DNA of 64,000 nucleotides, taken from Camelus dromedarius. Lineage: Eukaryota. Below the pieces are notes generated by a model, which was not told the origin of the DNA, made no database searches, and worked only from the letters and a program-made list of their open reading frames with translations. Both the position numbers and the translations under genes were made by a program. Shown here in pieces: positions 1 through 14,229 of the stretch (its first letter is position 1; every line of letters starts with the position of its first letter). The stretch lies in assembly GCF_036321535.1 (NCBI RefSeq), contig NC_087437.1:81346001-81410000 (forward strand), in the 5' to 3' direction.

Positions 1-98
1 AAAACAAATATAGGTAGGTTCCTGTATGACTGAAGTATTGTGCTGTACACCAGAAATTAACACAACATTGTAAGCTGACTATACTTCAATTAAAAAAA
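1..98 (+). mobile_element. L1 3' terminus (lineage-specific family), runs off the window
   Basis: tgtgctgtacaccagaaatt...gactatacttcaat plus A tail, homologous to the 3' ends at about 25040 and 49130. Confidence 0.85.
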
Positions 99-1122
99 AG
101 TGCTTGGTGCATTTTAGGCTACAGATTGTTTGTTTGTTTTAATGTGATTGATAAACTCAGTCACTTACGGTGTTGAAAAACTTGCTTTTGGTGCTGAAAA
201 TACATCATACCACCACCTGGCCCCTTTATACAAATAGAGCACCATCTGGTGTTTGTTTTAAAGTAGAATGTGTGTTTTTAAAAGTCCTACCATGCATGGG
301 CAATTCAAAGAAATAACTCTTCAACATCTGGAAGGAACCCTAGATCAGTAACCATGCAGCCACATTCTACAAAGCTTCCAAGGGTTTCAGTGAGGCACCT
401 CATGCTTGCTGTCCTGAGCTATGTGGCCCCTCAATCCCCTTCAACCCTGGCAATGACCCCTTTACCTGTTAAATACTGAGCTTTCAAGTTCTATGTCATT
501 CAGGACTAAAGACATTCTTTTAAAACCACGGGTTTAGTCCAATTTAAAATTTACAGTGGGAGGGTATCAAAACCCAGAGACTGAACTGCTCATCCAAGGA
601 TGTACCATTTAGAGAGGAAAACTTTGATTTAAAATACATTGCTTTTTCCCCAAAAGATATATTGCTAACTGCACAAAAATATAAAGGGCTATTTATCTTT
701 TCAAAACACTACTTAACTAAAGTTATGCTTTACCTCTATTCTTCAAGTCATTTTAAATCACAAAAATGATACGCAGTTGCAAGAGAGGAAGGGAGAAGGA
801 AATAAAATTGCACCTAAGTAGATTACAAAATAAAGTGTGACCTCAATGGGTCACTTCTGCCCTCATGGTCACCACTAACTAGTGACTGGTATGAATCCTT
901 CCTGATCATTCACCCTGTATTAATATTCATATGAACACTTTGTTAGTTTTTTTTTTCCTTAATAACTGGAAGCATACCTGACATATTGTTCTATTTGGTT
1001 TTTTTAACCCCAAACTATGTCAGTAAATCAAAACTTTTCACAACCGGGCTCATGGCATGAACGCCTGTGTAAGCTTTTCATCATTAGCAACAACCACACA
1101 CAAACTCTAAGTTCTATTTTAC

Positions 1123-1263
1123 CTTCACTCTGACCTGCTTGAGTCTGAGCTCCTGTATATGGTGGCTGCTGTGGCTGAACTCCTGGCGGGTGAGCTGCGG
1201 AAGAGGAGGAAGCAATGCTGTCGGGAGTTCCTGAACGGTCTTCTGCAGGAGCACTGGGTGGCC
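1123..1263 (-). CDS. TFG: TFG coding exon 6 (141 nt): [47 protein letters not shown](G)
   Basis: Peptide matches TFG. Acceptor ccatccag|GGC at 1264/1263, donor GAAG|gtaaaa at 1123/1122, and a second in-frame donor GCAG|gtcaga at 1135/1134. Confidence 0.96.
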
Positions 1264-2149
1264 CTGGATGGTCATGAAAAGTCAGTTCAGTTTCTAATAC
1301 AAGACCTTTCCCCAACAAGCCCAATTAATAAATTTGGTTAAGACACTAAAAATAAAAGTACTGTAGAATAAGCATAAGCACAAATACAGCCTCTTATATT
1401 GGTGTATATACTTTTTTTTTCCCTTTGCTCCAGTCTCTTAAGAATCCAAAGATACAACTGGAAACCCTTCCCTGCAGTGTGGGGTGCTACATTCCTGAGT
1501 CCTAAACTCCTGCAAAAACCAAAACTCAACTCTGCCATACCAGTATCTTCTACTTTATGCCACCTAATTTTTAGACCAACCAAAACTGTCATTTCATTCT
1601 TCAGTGGGTCTCCACTGCCCAGAAATTCAGTTCAGCCCTCTAGTTTGGTATTTAAGGGTCCAAGCCCTCACAATTCCTCTTCTCATATGCCCCCTTCATC
1701 TAAACTAACCTATTCCCTATTCCTCCAATGATGTATCTAACATTCTTTCTGCCTCCATCTCATCTATCACTGTTCCCTCCACTGTCCCACTTTCATATAT
1801 CTAAATGTAACATTCCTTAAAACCCAGTTAAAACTCCCACTTCTGGTAAGCCTTCTTCACCCATAAATACTTTTTTCCACTCGTGAGCTTCTATGGAGTA
1901 TACTTCTATTATGACCCTTACCAACTCCTACTCTGCTTTTCTGATCAGGTCCCACCTTCCCTCTTAGGCCAGGAGCTCTTTTAGCCAGGCTCTTTTCTGG
2001 TTCTTTCCATCTGCCACACAAGGCCTAGCTCTCTCACACATGGAACACTCAAAATTCTTCCAAAATAATGAACAAAGAAGTAAATGGAGTGAAGTTAAAA
2101 AAGATATTCTGCAGACAGCTTCTTTAAGTTCTTTTTATTTGGGCAATAA

Positions 2150-2340
2150 CAGAAGAGTGGTTAAAAACACAAGTTTTAGAGCCACACTCTGCCTAGGTTC
2201 GAATCCCAGTGCTGCCACTTAGTAGCTGTGTAACTCTGGGCATGTTACTTAATCTCTTTCTGTGGCTCAGTTTCCTCATCTGTACAAAAGAAATACTAAT
2301 TCCAACTTCGTATGCTTACTGTAAGGATGAGTTACCAAGT
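2150..2340 (+). mobile_element. MIR SINE
   Basis: MIR core ggttcgaatcccagtgctgccactt...ctcagtttcctcatctgta. Confidence 0.85.
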
Positions 2341-2374
2341 ACTTTTAGCAAGCGCTTGTAAAAGAGACTACACA

Positions 2375-2583
2375 GGGAAAGCGGCAAGAAAGGGGTAGGG
2401 GATTAAGGGGTACAAACTATGTATGAAATATATAAGCTACAAGGATATACTGTACAGCACAGAGAATAGAGCCCTAGTTTATAACTATAAATGGACTATA
2501 GCCTTGAAAAATTGTCAATCTCTGTGTTACACACCTGAAACATATAATATTGTACATCAACTATACCTCAATTTTAAAAAAAT
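2375..2583 (+). mobile_element. Older L1 3'UTR fragment
   Basis: ggggattaaggggtacaaact...tcaactatacctcaa plus A-rich end. Same family as 38491-38913. Confidence 0.8.
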
Positions 2584-4029
2584 ATGAAAAAAAGTGGTAA
2601 TACAGCAAGAGCTTATGAAAGTAATGACCACTTAGAAAGCTCCACCGAAGTACTTTCAATTACTAGCAGACCAATTTCCCCGAGGGCAAATCTCTGTCCT
2701 CTGTGCTGGTGTAGCCCAGAATTTAGCACTGCCGGAGGCGCACAGTTGGGAACTGATAGTCCAGATACTGATGAGAACCCAAACTAGGATAACAGCAGTG
2801 GTAATGCAAGAGAAACTGATGACTACCAGAGTAAAATGGACGCTGCTCCTGTGTACCACTACTTTACTGATATTTATAAATACGCAGACAAACACACACA
2901 CACATCCCTCTTAAGGATGACACATATAAGACAAAGTTATTTTCCTAAAAAGAATTATTTGACTTCTCCTTTCTCCTTGTATGTAAGTTATTAGTTAATG
3001 TTGCTCATCCTGTGTTTTTAACACTTCATCCCTCCACTCCATGTCCACAATCACTCTTGCAGCCAAGCTTTTCCACCATATCCAACCTGAATAAGTAAAA
3101 AGTATCCTGGAATTTTCTATGTGTACAGCTTTTCTTACTTCAATGCAACATACAAAGCTACCAGAAAAACGGCCTTCAAATAAAACGTCAATATTATTCA
3201 TATTAGTCTGGTCTATACTATATTCTAACCAAATTTTTAAGCCTGACCTCATACATAACTCTTCACTCCTCCATCTGGCATATCTTGACATCTTAAATAT
3301 TAAGAAGCTTTAATATTAACTCATATTTCAGTTGCTCTAAAAATGTGTTTTTCAGATGTAACACTTGCCTGATGTCTTCTTTTGCCAAGAACATACATTA
3401 GATACAAGTATTTGTCTTTTTCAGAATTTTACATAACTCTCCTTAATAAATAACCCCATAAAAGTCTCAAAGAAAAAGAAAATTAACAGATAAAACCCTA
3501 TCTTTCCAGTTACTGATAATGGCAAAGTAAACTACTTGTGGAAGGGTTTAACTCCCAAATAGAAGAAAACAGTTATTTGAAATTACTGGAAGTCAGTGTT
3601 GGCAGAAACCAGACAAGAGTTCACCCCAATCGAATTACAACGGTAAGAATTGCAAACCCTGATCTCTGCAGTTCCAACAGCAGAGAGCCACAGGGTTAAC
3701 TTCACAGCTGGCCAACCAACTAGAAATTTGAGGTGAAAATTCTTAAGAGTAAAAGAGCTACTTGAAGGAATGAGACCTGAAATCTGAATATATGCTCAGC
3801 CTAAAATCCCCAACTGGCCATGGAGTTAGGAAAGGGGAGAGTAACCTCCAACAGAAAAGAGAACAAAAAATAAAACAAAATAAAAATAGCACCTAGAGCT
3901 GAAGGGACTGAGCAGAGATATCAGCTGCTATCAGCTGCTGTACCCCATGGGGAGAAAGAAGGGGTAGTCTGAGTGAATACAAGTTAACTCCCTGCTAGAG
4001 CAACAATAACAAAAAATCCTCACAAGAAC

Positions 4030-4655
4030 CTAAAAGAATCCCAAGTCATCACTGCTGAAATAGCTCAGCTGGAAGACTGTTAGACTGAAGAATCCCAAGT
4101 TCCTACAATATCTGAACCACAAAGTACAGTTTTCAATCAAACACTATCAGATAAGCAAAGAAAGAAGAAAATGTGATCCATACTCAAGGGAAGAAGGCAG
4201 GCAAAGGAGACAGGCATCAAACAGGCCCAGATGTCAGATGCAGCAAACGTTTCAAAGCAGCTTTATAAATACCTTTAAAGAATTAAACAAAAGTACCTTA
4301 AAGTGAAGTAAAAGGGAAATACAATCTTAATAAATGAAAAGGTAAGGAATCTCAACAGAAAAAAAAAATTAACTACAAAAAGAACCAAATGGAAATTCTT
4401 GAGCTGAAGCACAAAAATTGAGGTCAAGAAGTCACTAGGAAGGTTCAAAAGCAGGCTGGAAATGGAAGGAAAAAAATCAGTGAACTTCAAGTGAATTCAA
4501 TAAAAATCATTCAGTCTAAAAAAGAGAGAAATGAGTGAAGAAAATGAACCTCAGAGACCTATGGGACAATATTAAGCTGTCCAATGTATGTGTAATAGGA
4601 ATCCCAAAAGAGAGAAAGCAGGAAAAATGCTGAAGAAATGATGGCCAAAAAATAA
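4030..4655 (+). mobile_element. Ancient L1M remnant (ORF1 region)
   Basis: Degenerate ORF1-like text aaccaaatggaaattcttgagctgaa...cctcagagacctatgggacaatattaag. Boundaries approximate. Confidence 0.65.
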
Positions 4656-5150
4656 AAAAGCAGCACAGTACAGATACTATTTTAAGGTTAAAAATACTCA
4701 TATAAAAGGACTTTCTACACAAACAATTTAACCAGAAATCTACATTTAAATTTCCCTAATTTAAGATCAGAAGAGAGAAAAAGACATCAAATATAATTTA
4801 AATCCTGCAACAAATCTGAAATAAGATTATAAAATGGTTCAGATTTAAAAAATAATAAACCCTCTGAATTTTACTTTCAATAAAATTTACCTGAACCAAA
4901 CAGAAGTTATTCTTTAAAGGAAAGAGTTCTATTGATTGGGAGAGGGCATGAGAAGGCTATCCAGGGTGCCAGGAATCAACTACATCTTGATCTAGTTGGT
5001 GTTTTACACATGTAAACGCTTACTGAGCTGAACCCTTAAGATTTGTGCACTTCACCATATCCAAGTTTTCTTCTATGAAAGAAGAAAAAAAGGAAAGGGA
5101 GAGAAGGAAGGAGAGAGGGAATAAAGGATGGGAGGAAGGAACTAACTTAC

Positions 5151-5306
5151 CTGAAACCTGATCATCTGTTAAGCCAAACGCTGACATGACATTTTTATTG
5201 ATTTCATCTTGGTTTTTTAAAGGATCAAAAGCTGCCATAACCTGAGTAGACTGTTTTCCAGAAGAGTCAGAAGCAGCAGGCTTTTCTTCCCTACCATCCA
5301 CAGTAT
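5151..5306 (-). CDS. TFG: TFG coding exon 5 (156 nt): [52 protein letters not shown](G)
   Basis: TFG peptide. Acceptor ttttatag|AT, donor CAG|gtaagt, phase 1-1 consistent with neighbouring exons. Confidence 0.96.
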
Positions 5307-8300
5307 CTATAAAAGGAATAAGCAAAAACTTGTTTCCATTTTATCTATACTGAGTAAGGCCTAAAAAAATACTGATAGGAAAATATGTATGTGCAAATAG
5401 TCTGGAATGTTCAGTATCCCCAAATAGAGGATTATAGATAATTTTATCTTTCTCTTTACACATTTTTATATTTTTGTTTTTTAAATCAGGGGAGAAAGGG
5501 TCAAAACAAAATGCAAGATAGATAAAATTTTTTGAAAAAGCTGTTATTTATGTCCTTCCCTAAGAATTATCAGATGAGGAAAAAAAAAATAAGAGCTCCT
5601 TAACAAACAGAAAGAAACATTTTGCCCTTTTTTGGGGAGTCCTATGTTATATATCCTAGTATCAGATACATACTATGCACTAAAGCTTTATTTTGTAAAA
5701 TGATAAGCTTAACTAAAGTTATGATATTGATTTTTATGTTTTATTTCTACTTGCCTATGGTTCATTATTAAAGTACATGGAAATCTAATGCCATCACTAA
5801 TTTGCTATGTCTTCCTTTAAAATACTTATTAAGTTACTTTTTAAAATCTTTACAGATGAAAAATATGCGTCTGGGATTTGCTGAAAATAATACGATAAGG
5901 GTGGAGATGTATGGGAGTATAGATGACATGATACCATGAGTTGATTAACTGCTGAAGTTGGGTGTGGGTTCATGGGATTCATTTTGGTATTATGCCTACT
6001 TCTGTATATTTTTTAATTTTCCCATGACAAAATATTTTGAAAAACAGAATTTTAAGCATATGAGCAAGGAAAATTTAAAACCATGCTTTCCTCCTAAGGA
6101 TGCTAAGGTACTAAACAGGCATTTATACTACTGCCTAGTGAAAGAAAAGGGGTTCAAGAATAACCTACATTTTACAAATAAGAACTTAAGAACTTAGGAT
6201 ACAAAAAAAGATATTAAAAATGAAACAAAATAAACAAGTAAACAAGAAGAATACTGCTAACCATTTACTCAAATAACAATTAATCAATTCTTCTCTTTTA
6301 CCAACCGAGTAAACGAACATCAGTTATTAGACTAACTCTGTGGCCAAGACAAAATTTATCTTGTGAAAAAGTCTAAGTAATAAGTGGAATATAAGCACAC
6401 AATGGCTTGCAGCCCTCATTTATTCCTATCATTCCTCAATTACATTAATATTTCCAAAATTTCTGGAAGGAAACTGCTCTGAGTACTCCTTTAAAATAAG
6501 TCTGCCAGTCATCCATCTTCCTCACCAATTTCCTTCCACTTAATTCGAAGGCTATATCCCAAGAGCATATCACACCAATCTCACGATTATTTCCCCTCCC
6601 ACTGCTACCTTCCACTACCTATGCATCCTTCCACTTAACTGCAAAATAAATCCATCAGGAAACAAAATACATGTCCACTAGCCCGCTGGTTGCTCCTGTA
6701 GCTAATGCAGAACAAATGTAACAGGTCAATTCGGTATTTAGGGTAGTGTACACATCATTTGCTTCACAGAGAAAGCAACTGTCTAAGAACCATTACAGAG
6801 GTAGAGCGCTGAAAAACACAGGTAGCCACATGTTTCTGGATGAGGACAAGCAACATGGTTCTAAAGAGTACTGACAGCTGATTGGTAGTTTTGTTTTGTG
6901 AACTAGACTGTCAGTTTCTGATGTAGCTTTTGGGGGGCTTATTTTATACTTTTTTTTTCTTGAGAAGAGTATTAAATTAGAGTATCTTCTAAGAGCTTAG
7001 AAGCTTAGGAAGTTTCATTAAAGGTAGGTGGTCAAGTGGTAAGGGATTTACTAAGTACAGGGGAGGAAACAAAAAACAAGTTACAACCATCTATAAAAAT
7101 AAATCCAGTATTATTCAGTTCATTAGATGATTCAGATAGCATACAATGACTAAAAGGATGGCCACATAAAGAAACAATATGTGATATAATTTCCAAGAGG
7201 CAGAGAAGAAATCAACTATAACATCTTTATATTAACATAGGTGAGAGGCTAAATAAAACATATGAACACATGGAAATAAACTCATAAAAGCAGTATGTGG
7301 CAAGAAATAAGTGAACAAAAAGGTTTCACCAAAGCCAAAAAGCTTATAAATCTATTCCTTAGAGCAGGACATAGGTTATTGTAAGTCATTTCTGCACAGT
7401 ACTGGCACTGCTTGTTGAATTTTGATCTAGATTTTATAAACAGATGCTTAAACCCCATGAAATTACATGCATGCATATATATATATATTTGTTGTATCAG
7501 CATCTATAATTTCTTCTAGAAAAATGGTCTGAAGTTTTTTTTTCAGATTCCTTGACTTTAAATTGGAAAGAAAAGGCAATTTGCTTTGACCTGAAATATA
7601 AAAGGTTTCACTATAAAGAAGACAGGAAGATCTCATTTTAGTATTTCAGCAAATTTCCAATATGTTCTGAAATCAAGAGGTGGAACTAGAAATTACTAAT
7701 CCATCAATAAATACTTATCAAGCATCTACCCGTAACAAAATTCTACATGGCTGGAGGGAGAGGGAAATTATGGAAAATGTATCTTTATTTAACTTATAAC
7801 TAAATTAAACAAAACTCCAAAATTTAAACAGAGCCAACAAATAAAATAATCTAAAGGTTGCAAGGGATTACACAATGCTACTTTTCACAAAATCATCTTC
7901 TTATATAAGCCCCTTATTTCCAGTCATCCAGATTCTATAAAATATTACTATTTCACAATATGGACAGTTTTAGGCATATAAATTTATGCATGTTTGCACA
8001 AAAACACAAAAACTGTAAGAAAAAAAGTTTATTTTTAATGTGCAACATCTAAGAATATTAAAAGTTGAAGAAAGCCAAGTTTTTTAAAATCTACTTTCAA
8101 GCCATTCTTAAATTTTAGTCTACATTTTATAATATATTTGGTCACAAAACTAATTTCAGTTCCAAATCTGTCAAGAAACCTTGCTTTATCTCATTATAAA
8201 TAGTTCATGTCATCTATAAAATGGAAGACAATATACTTTCTTTGTATATTATGAACACTGCTTAAGATAAACTTTATAATACACCATGTGATTGTATCAA

Positions 8301-8744
8301 TCTAAAATTACTTTTACTTGAAACTACTTTATATATCACATAAAATTCATGAAATGATTTCCATTCCTAAGGTTCCTTAACTATTACACTGAAAAAGGTT
8401 CACAAGTCAAAGGGGTTTGAAAACTGACCTATGTTGTAAACCCAGGTGTCTAAGACCAGTTGTAAGAGAATTACTCAGAGAGCACTTTACCAGTGGGATC
8501 CACGGGCCCTGCCCTCTAGTAGGTCTCTGATGAGATTCAGGAACTGGTATAATAAAACCTCCCAGTAATCCTGATGAACTTCCAGGTTTGGGAACACAGA
8601 TAAGAATATTACCACAGAGGCATAAGTAGTAAGTAAGAAACGGTGACACTGGAGGTGCCATCCCACTCCTGCTGAAGAAGAGTTAAAAAAAAAAAAAAAT
8701 CTGCAAAAAGATTTAAGAAGAATAAATCAGAATAAACGGATTCA

Positions 8745-9032
<288 letters not shown>

Positions 9033-9800
9033 TCAAATAACTTTTTAAGGGAAGGAGTCTTCATTGCTAATTATTTGCTTTTTGGAAAAAAGAAATATTC
9101 ATCAGTCTTTATTGACACCAGATTATGACCCATAATGGTAGAAAAAAGGTATATTATTGGAAGAATTCAAATACAGTGAAATAAATTAAAATTACAGAAA
9201 GCTTTAAAATATTTTTAATAGAAATTATATACCTTCAAAAGCTCATTTTATTTCACATAATTCTTTTATAGTCTTGAAACAATACAAAAACACCTCATTA
9301 AAGGTACAATATGACTGTTAAGTCTGTTAGCCTTTTTGCCTACTTCTGACCTAAAAGAAAAATTAGCTACCTAAAATAACTGACCTAAAAAGTAACCTAT
9401 TAAAAAAAATTATGCAGAATTCACGAATCCACATCACCACTGTCCTTCAAAAGCAGGACATAAGCTAAAAAGGTCAGAGATTATTAAATAATCACTGGTG
9501 TTTTTTTTCAAACAAAGGCAGTATTACCTCATTTAATTATATTTTTTGTCCAAATGACTGTTAGCTGACTAAAAAAGAATCCTTCATCCAGCAACAGACT
9601 GTCACCATTGAGATTAATTCAAAAAAAAAAAAAGACACAAGGCTCTGAATGCAAACTTCAAGATATGAGTTCAAAAATTAAATTAAACTAAAATGTTTTA
9701 TGAATTGTCAGTACAGCTATATACAAATTCCTAAGATTCCAAATTAGAAAAGGAAATCTATTTGAAAATAAAGATTCAGGAATATTCTTTGTAAAAGATG

Positions 9801-10008
9801 GGTTTTTTGGTTTTTGGCTTTTTGTTTGTTTTTTATTGAGGTATAATCAGTTTACAATGTTGTGTCAATTTCTGGTGTACAGTACAATGCTTCAGTCATA
9901 CATGAATACATATATATTCATTTTCATATTCTTTTTCACTGTAAGCTACAAGATATTGAATATATTTCCCTGTGCAATACAGTATAAACTTGTCTATCCA
10001 TTCCATAC
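9801..10008 (-). mobile_element. Short L1 3' end in reverse orientation with imperfect TSD
   Basis: Reverse complement of the L1 3'UTR with a T-rich tail. Flanks tgtaaaagatg (9790-9800) and tgtaaaaagatg (10009-10020), the latter followed by ttttaa. Confidence 0.85.
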
Positions 10009-10169
10009 TGTAAAAAGATGTTTTAAACATCAAACAACCAATATAAGCTTTTAGAAGACAATCCACCAGGATTTTTCATACTCCCTATATAGTTATGAGG
10101 AAGTTCAATATAATCTACCTGTATCAATTAATTATTGGCTTTTACTGGGTACTATTGTTTTTATCTAAC

Positions 10170-10760
10170 ACCTGAGAAGGAGAAAGGCAGCTCCTGATAG
10201 CTAGGAACTGGCCTAGTACTGTAAGACTGGGCTTCAGTGTTGCTAGAAGCTGGCACTCACAGGTAGGTTATGGTGTTCTCTTGCTGAACATGAACAATTT
10301 CAAAGAACACCAACAGTATATCAACTATATGTCAATTTAAAAAAATAAAAAACAAAGAACACCAACAATCAGAGATCACTCTGGGACTGTGATAGCTCCA
10401 GACAAAAAAAGAAAGCTAGTCCTTAACCATGTGAGAACTTAGACAAAACCAAGGACACTGAACAAACCACAAAAATGACCAAACATCCCTGGCTAATATG
10501 AATGATTTCTGCTGTTTTACCAATTGCAGCTTTAACTTCAATTCACTCCCACCTTCTGGACAAGATTTAGTCAGATAATCATAGACCACTTCCACTTCCA
10601 GACAGCATCCAATCTGGAGCAAAGCCCCACTCCCTTGAACCTTATCTAGAATTACCTAACACAAGCCCAAGCCCTAAGAAAATTCCTTTTTAACTCATTT
10701 TTTTTTACTGAGATATCCCACTGTTCTCCATGGTGTTCATTCTCCCTCATTGCAATATAT
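10170..10760 (+). mobile_element. ERV1-type solo LTR remnant (MER31/MER4-group-like), interrupted by a 37-bp L1 tip
   Basis: aaccacaaaaatgaccaaacatcc, cagcatccaatctggagcaaagcccc and cctaacacaagccc resemble this LTR group. Family name from memory. Confidence 0.55.
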
Positions 10761-10769
10761 CAAAGTTAT

Positions 10770-12950
10770 GCCCCTTTTCATTCCTAATATCACTTACTTG
10801 TGCCTTCTTTTTAAAGTAATCTTAATAGAGGTTTGGTAGCTGTATCTTTTCAAAATTGCTGATCCTATCAATGCCCCAACTTCTGGTTCATTTCTGTTCT
10901 TTATTATTTTCTTCCAAGTTACCTGGACTTACTCTGTTCCTTTTGTATTTCGCTTTAGCATACTCTAAAAACTCTGTCATGTGAACTAGTCATTATTTCT
11001 AATTCTCATTATGACTTCTTCTTTGATTTGTTATCTAATAGCACATTTTTATCTACAAAACCACGGGAGTTTGGGTTATCTTTTTTGTCCAATGGTTTCT
11101 AATGAGACCAGAGTGTAAGATCTCTAGGGTATTCCTTCTCTGATATTTATTGAGACTCATTGGAAAACCTAGTGCATGGTCAACATTTATAAATGTCCAT
11201 ATGCACTAAAGAAAAACTGAATCCCTTCCTGATTGCTAGATGCACAAGATCAAGCCTATACCTGATTTGTTCAAATTTTCTCTATCCTTACTTATTTTGA
11301 GCCTGCCTTATCAATCAGTTTCGGAAAGAAGAGTATTAAAAGCTCTCCAATGATTATGAATTTTCCCTTTTTCTATCAATTTTTTCTTGAGGAAAAAATC
11401 TAAGGCTATGATGCAGAAGTACTCATAAATGTTTATCTTCCCAGGAAATTATTTTTTATCATGAAGTGACTATTACTAATAAAACTTTCACTTAAGAGTC
11501 TGTATTACTGACTAGCTTTGAGTTTGTCTAGTATACAAACTTTTCTAGCGCTTTACTTTGAAACCTTGCATAATAAACTTTTAGAATGTCTCATAATCAG
11601 TATGTAACAAGACTGTTTACCTCCAATAAAAGCCTGTCTTTTAACTTGTATATTTAGTCTGTTTACATGTACTACAGTTAATATTTTGTGCTTTCTATTT
11701 ATCAAGCTTCCTCTCTGCTTCTTTTCCTCCCTCCTCACCACCTAGTGAACCATGTCAGTACCCTGTTTCCTTCTTTCCCCTTTACGGGCTATTTCTAGTC
11801 TTTTGATAATCACTCTTACATTTTAGACAAACTTCAATTTAAAAAATCTACAGTTAATTACTATCCTCCTCCAAACAATCCAAGTCTTTAAAAGATTTTA
11901 ATTCCTACCATCCTCTCCTATCTTACATGTAATTATTGCTCAGTAATTTTGTCTCATCTTATTTTTATATTCCTAAAACTATTATTTTTTAAAAATCAGT
12001 GTTTATTTAAATTTACACACATTAACCAGTTTATTCGCTCAATTTCTTGCATCTTTCAACATTCTTCTGGACTTAATTTCCTTCTTGCTGATAAACTACT
12101 TTAAAAACTTCTTTTAACAAGGGTCCACGAGTAGTAAATTCTCAGTCTGTTTGAAAATGTTTTTAGTTCCCCTTTTCCTTAAGTTTAACACACTACAGAA
12201 TGTTACTTTTCTACCTATTTCTTTTCTCAACAGTTGAAGATGTTTTTCTACTGTCTTCTAGCTTCTAATTATTACGAAGAAGTACACGACAGTCTAATTG
12301 CTCTGTAGGTGATCAGTCTTATTCGCTGAGGCTACTTTTAAGATTATCTCTTTGTCTTATATATTCTCCAGCTTCATGACAATGTATCCAGTGGAGATTT
12401 ATTTTTTCTTATCCTGACCAGAACTCACTGTGCCTCCTGAAACTGATGGTTTACATCTTTTATATAATTCCAAAAAATTCTTTAGCCATTACTTCCTCAA
12501 ATATTTCCTTTACCCTATTCTCTTTTTTTAAAGGCTTAAAGGAAACATTCTGGGCTTTCTCATTCTCAAATTCTCTCTCTCTGTATTTCTGTGCTCTCTT
12601 CTGTAACTTCTTCAGACTACCTTCCAGTTTAGTAATGCCCTCTGCAGCTGTGACTCATCTGCTGTTCTACCTCTCCACTTAGTATTTAATTTCAATAACT
12701 GTAGTTTTCATTGCCAAAAGTTACCTTAAGTTCTTTTTAATCTGTTTAATTTTTTCATAGTGCCTTATTCTTATATTCTTATTTCTTCTTTTATGTCTAA
12801 TTACTTTTAACACATTTTATAGATCATCACTTTCAATGACTGAAGTTCTTAGAAATCTAATCCTACTATTTAGTTGTTTCCAGTTCTGAACTCTAAATTC
12901 ATCAATAGGATTTTATCTATGAGAAGCCTATCAACCTGGACTGAGAAATA
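10770..12950 (-). mobile_element. Highly decayed ancient L1 (L1M/L1ME)
   Basis: T-rich antisense-L1 text such as tttattgagact..tggtcaacatttataaatgtcca and gccattacttcctcaaatattt. Boundaries approximate. Confidence 0.6.
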
Positions 12951-14145
12951 TACCCCAGAGATTTTTTGCCTTTGTTTCTTTTAATTTTTTTATGGTAGTA
13001 TCTGGGCTTGGGAGTTTCCAAACTGTGCAGATAGTTTAAGTTTAAACCCAACCCACCTAAGGACCATGGTTATGAATCCTCAAGGGAGCCTTTGTAAACC
13101 CCTGACAGCCTAGGGCATATGAGTTTTCTTTGTCAATTCCTTGACCTTCCTGTATCAATGCAGAGGTATCTGTCTTCCATGATACTCTTTTTTGAGATCA
13201 TAGCCAATGAGGGTCTAGGACTTACGGCCTACACCACATAGTCATAAATGACAAGTCCTTACATTATATAGACCAAAACCTTCACCATCACCACCAAAAG
13301 CATCCCAACTCTCAGGCCCTGGTTTTTAATGACCTTTTTTTTAGTTCCTGACGTTTTCCTTACTCTCCTGAGCAAGCTCAGGTACATAATTCAAAAAATA
13401 TATTTGAAATAGTTTATCTAGCATGTCCTCAGTGTTTCTGGAAGGAAGGTTTTCAGTTTATCTAATCCACCTGATAGCTGGCCAATGGTGTTAATTATTT
13501 TAGATTCAATATTGTAAAAAGATAGTTTTTATTTTTAAAAAACATTTACCAGTTTTTTTAATTAGCATTTTAAAATGATTCATATTCACCATTCCCAGAT
13601 GGAGATGAAATACATACAAATTAAATCAATTGGCCATGATCACACTTCATGGAACTGTGTCACATAATTTTTTTCAAATGCTAGCCAAAATAACCACAAA
13701 AAGGGGCCATATTTTATTTTTCACATAATCATGCTACCACTTTACAATCATTTCTGTCTTGTCCCTTAAGACAGAAGAGTTTGCCTTGCAAATCTGTCAA
13801 GATCTATAACAAAACAGTATCTAAAAGATTAAAATGAGTCATATGTGTATTTCTTTTATCAGAACTCTATAATCTTTAAGTGCTCCTTGAAAAATAATGT
13901 GTAAAATGCATCAGGCCTGTATGTGAAACTATGAGAATAACTAAAAGCACACTACATCATAAAAGATAATTATATAGTCTTAGAGAATTAAACTTAATAA
14001 AGGTAGTTTTAACCCTGCAGTTCTGATACAGCTGAAAAAGTTATCACTTAATTCTGAAGCTTTAAAAGAAAAAAGATGAAAAGTTTTTAATAAAAATACA
14101 ATGAATAAAATAGTAAATTTATTAGATAGGAAGTTTCCCACTTAC

Positions 14146-14229
14146 CAAATAATGTCAGTTTCAGTATCCTACTACACTGAATTGCAAAGGAAAGGTCAGA
14201 ACTATCAAAAATTGTTATAAGATCTCCAT
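14146..14229 (-). CDS. TFG: TFG coding exon 3 (84 nt), PB1 C-terminal half: [28 protein letters not shown]
   Basis: Translated by hand (not in the ORF track). Acceptor tttcag|AT, donor TTG|gtaagt, in frame with exons 2 and 4. Confidence 0.96.
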
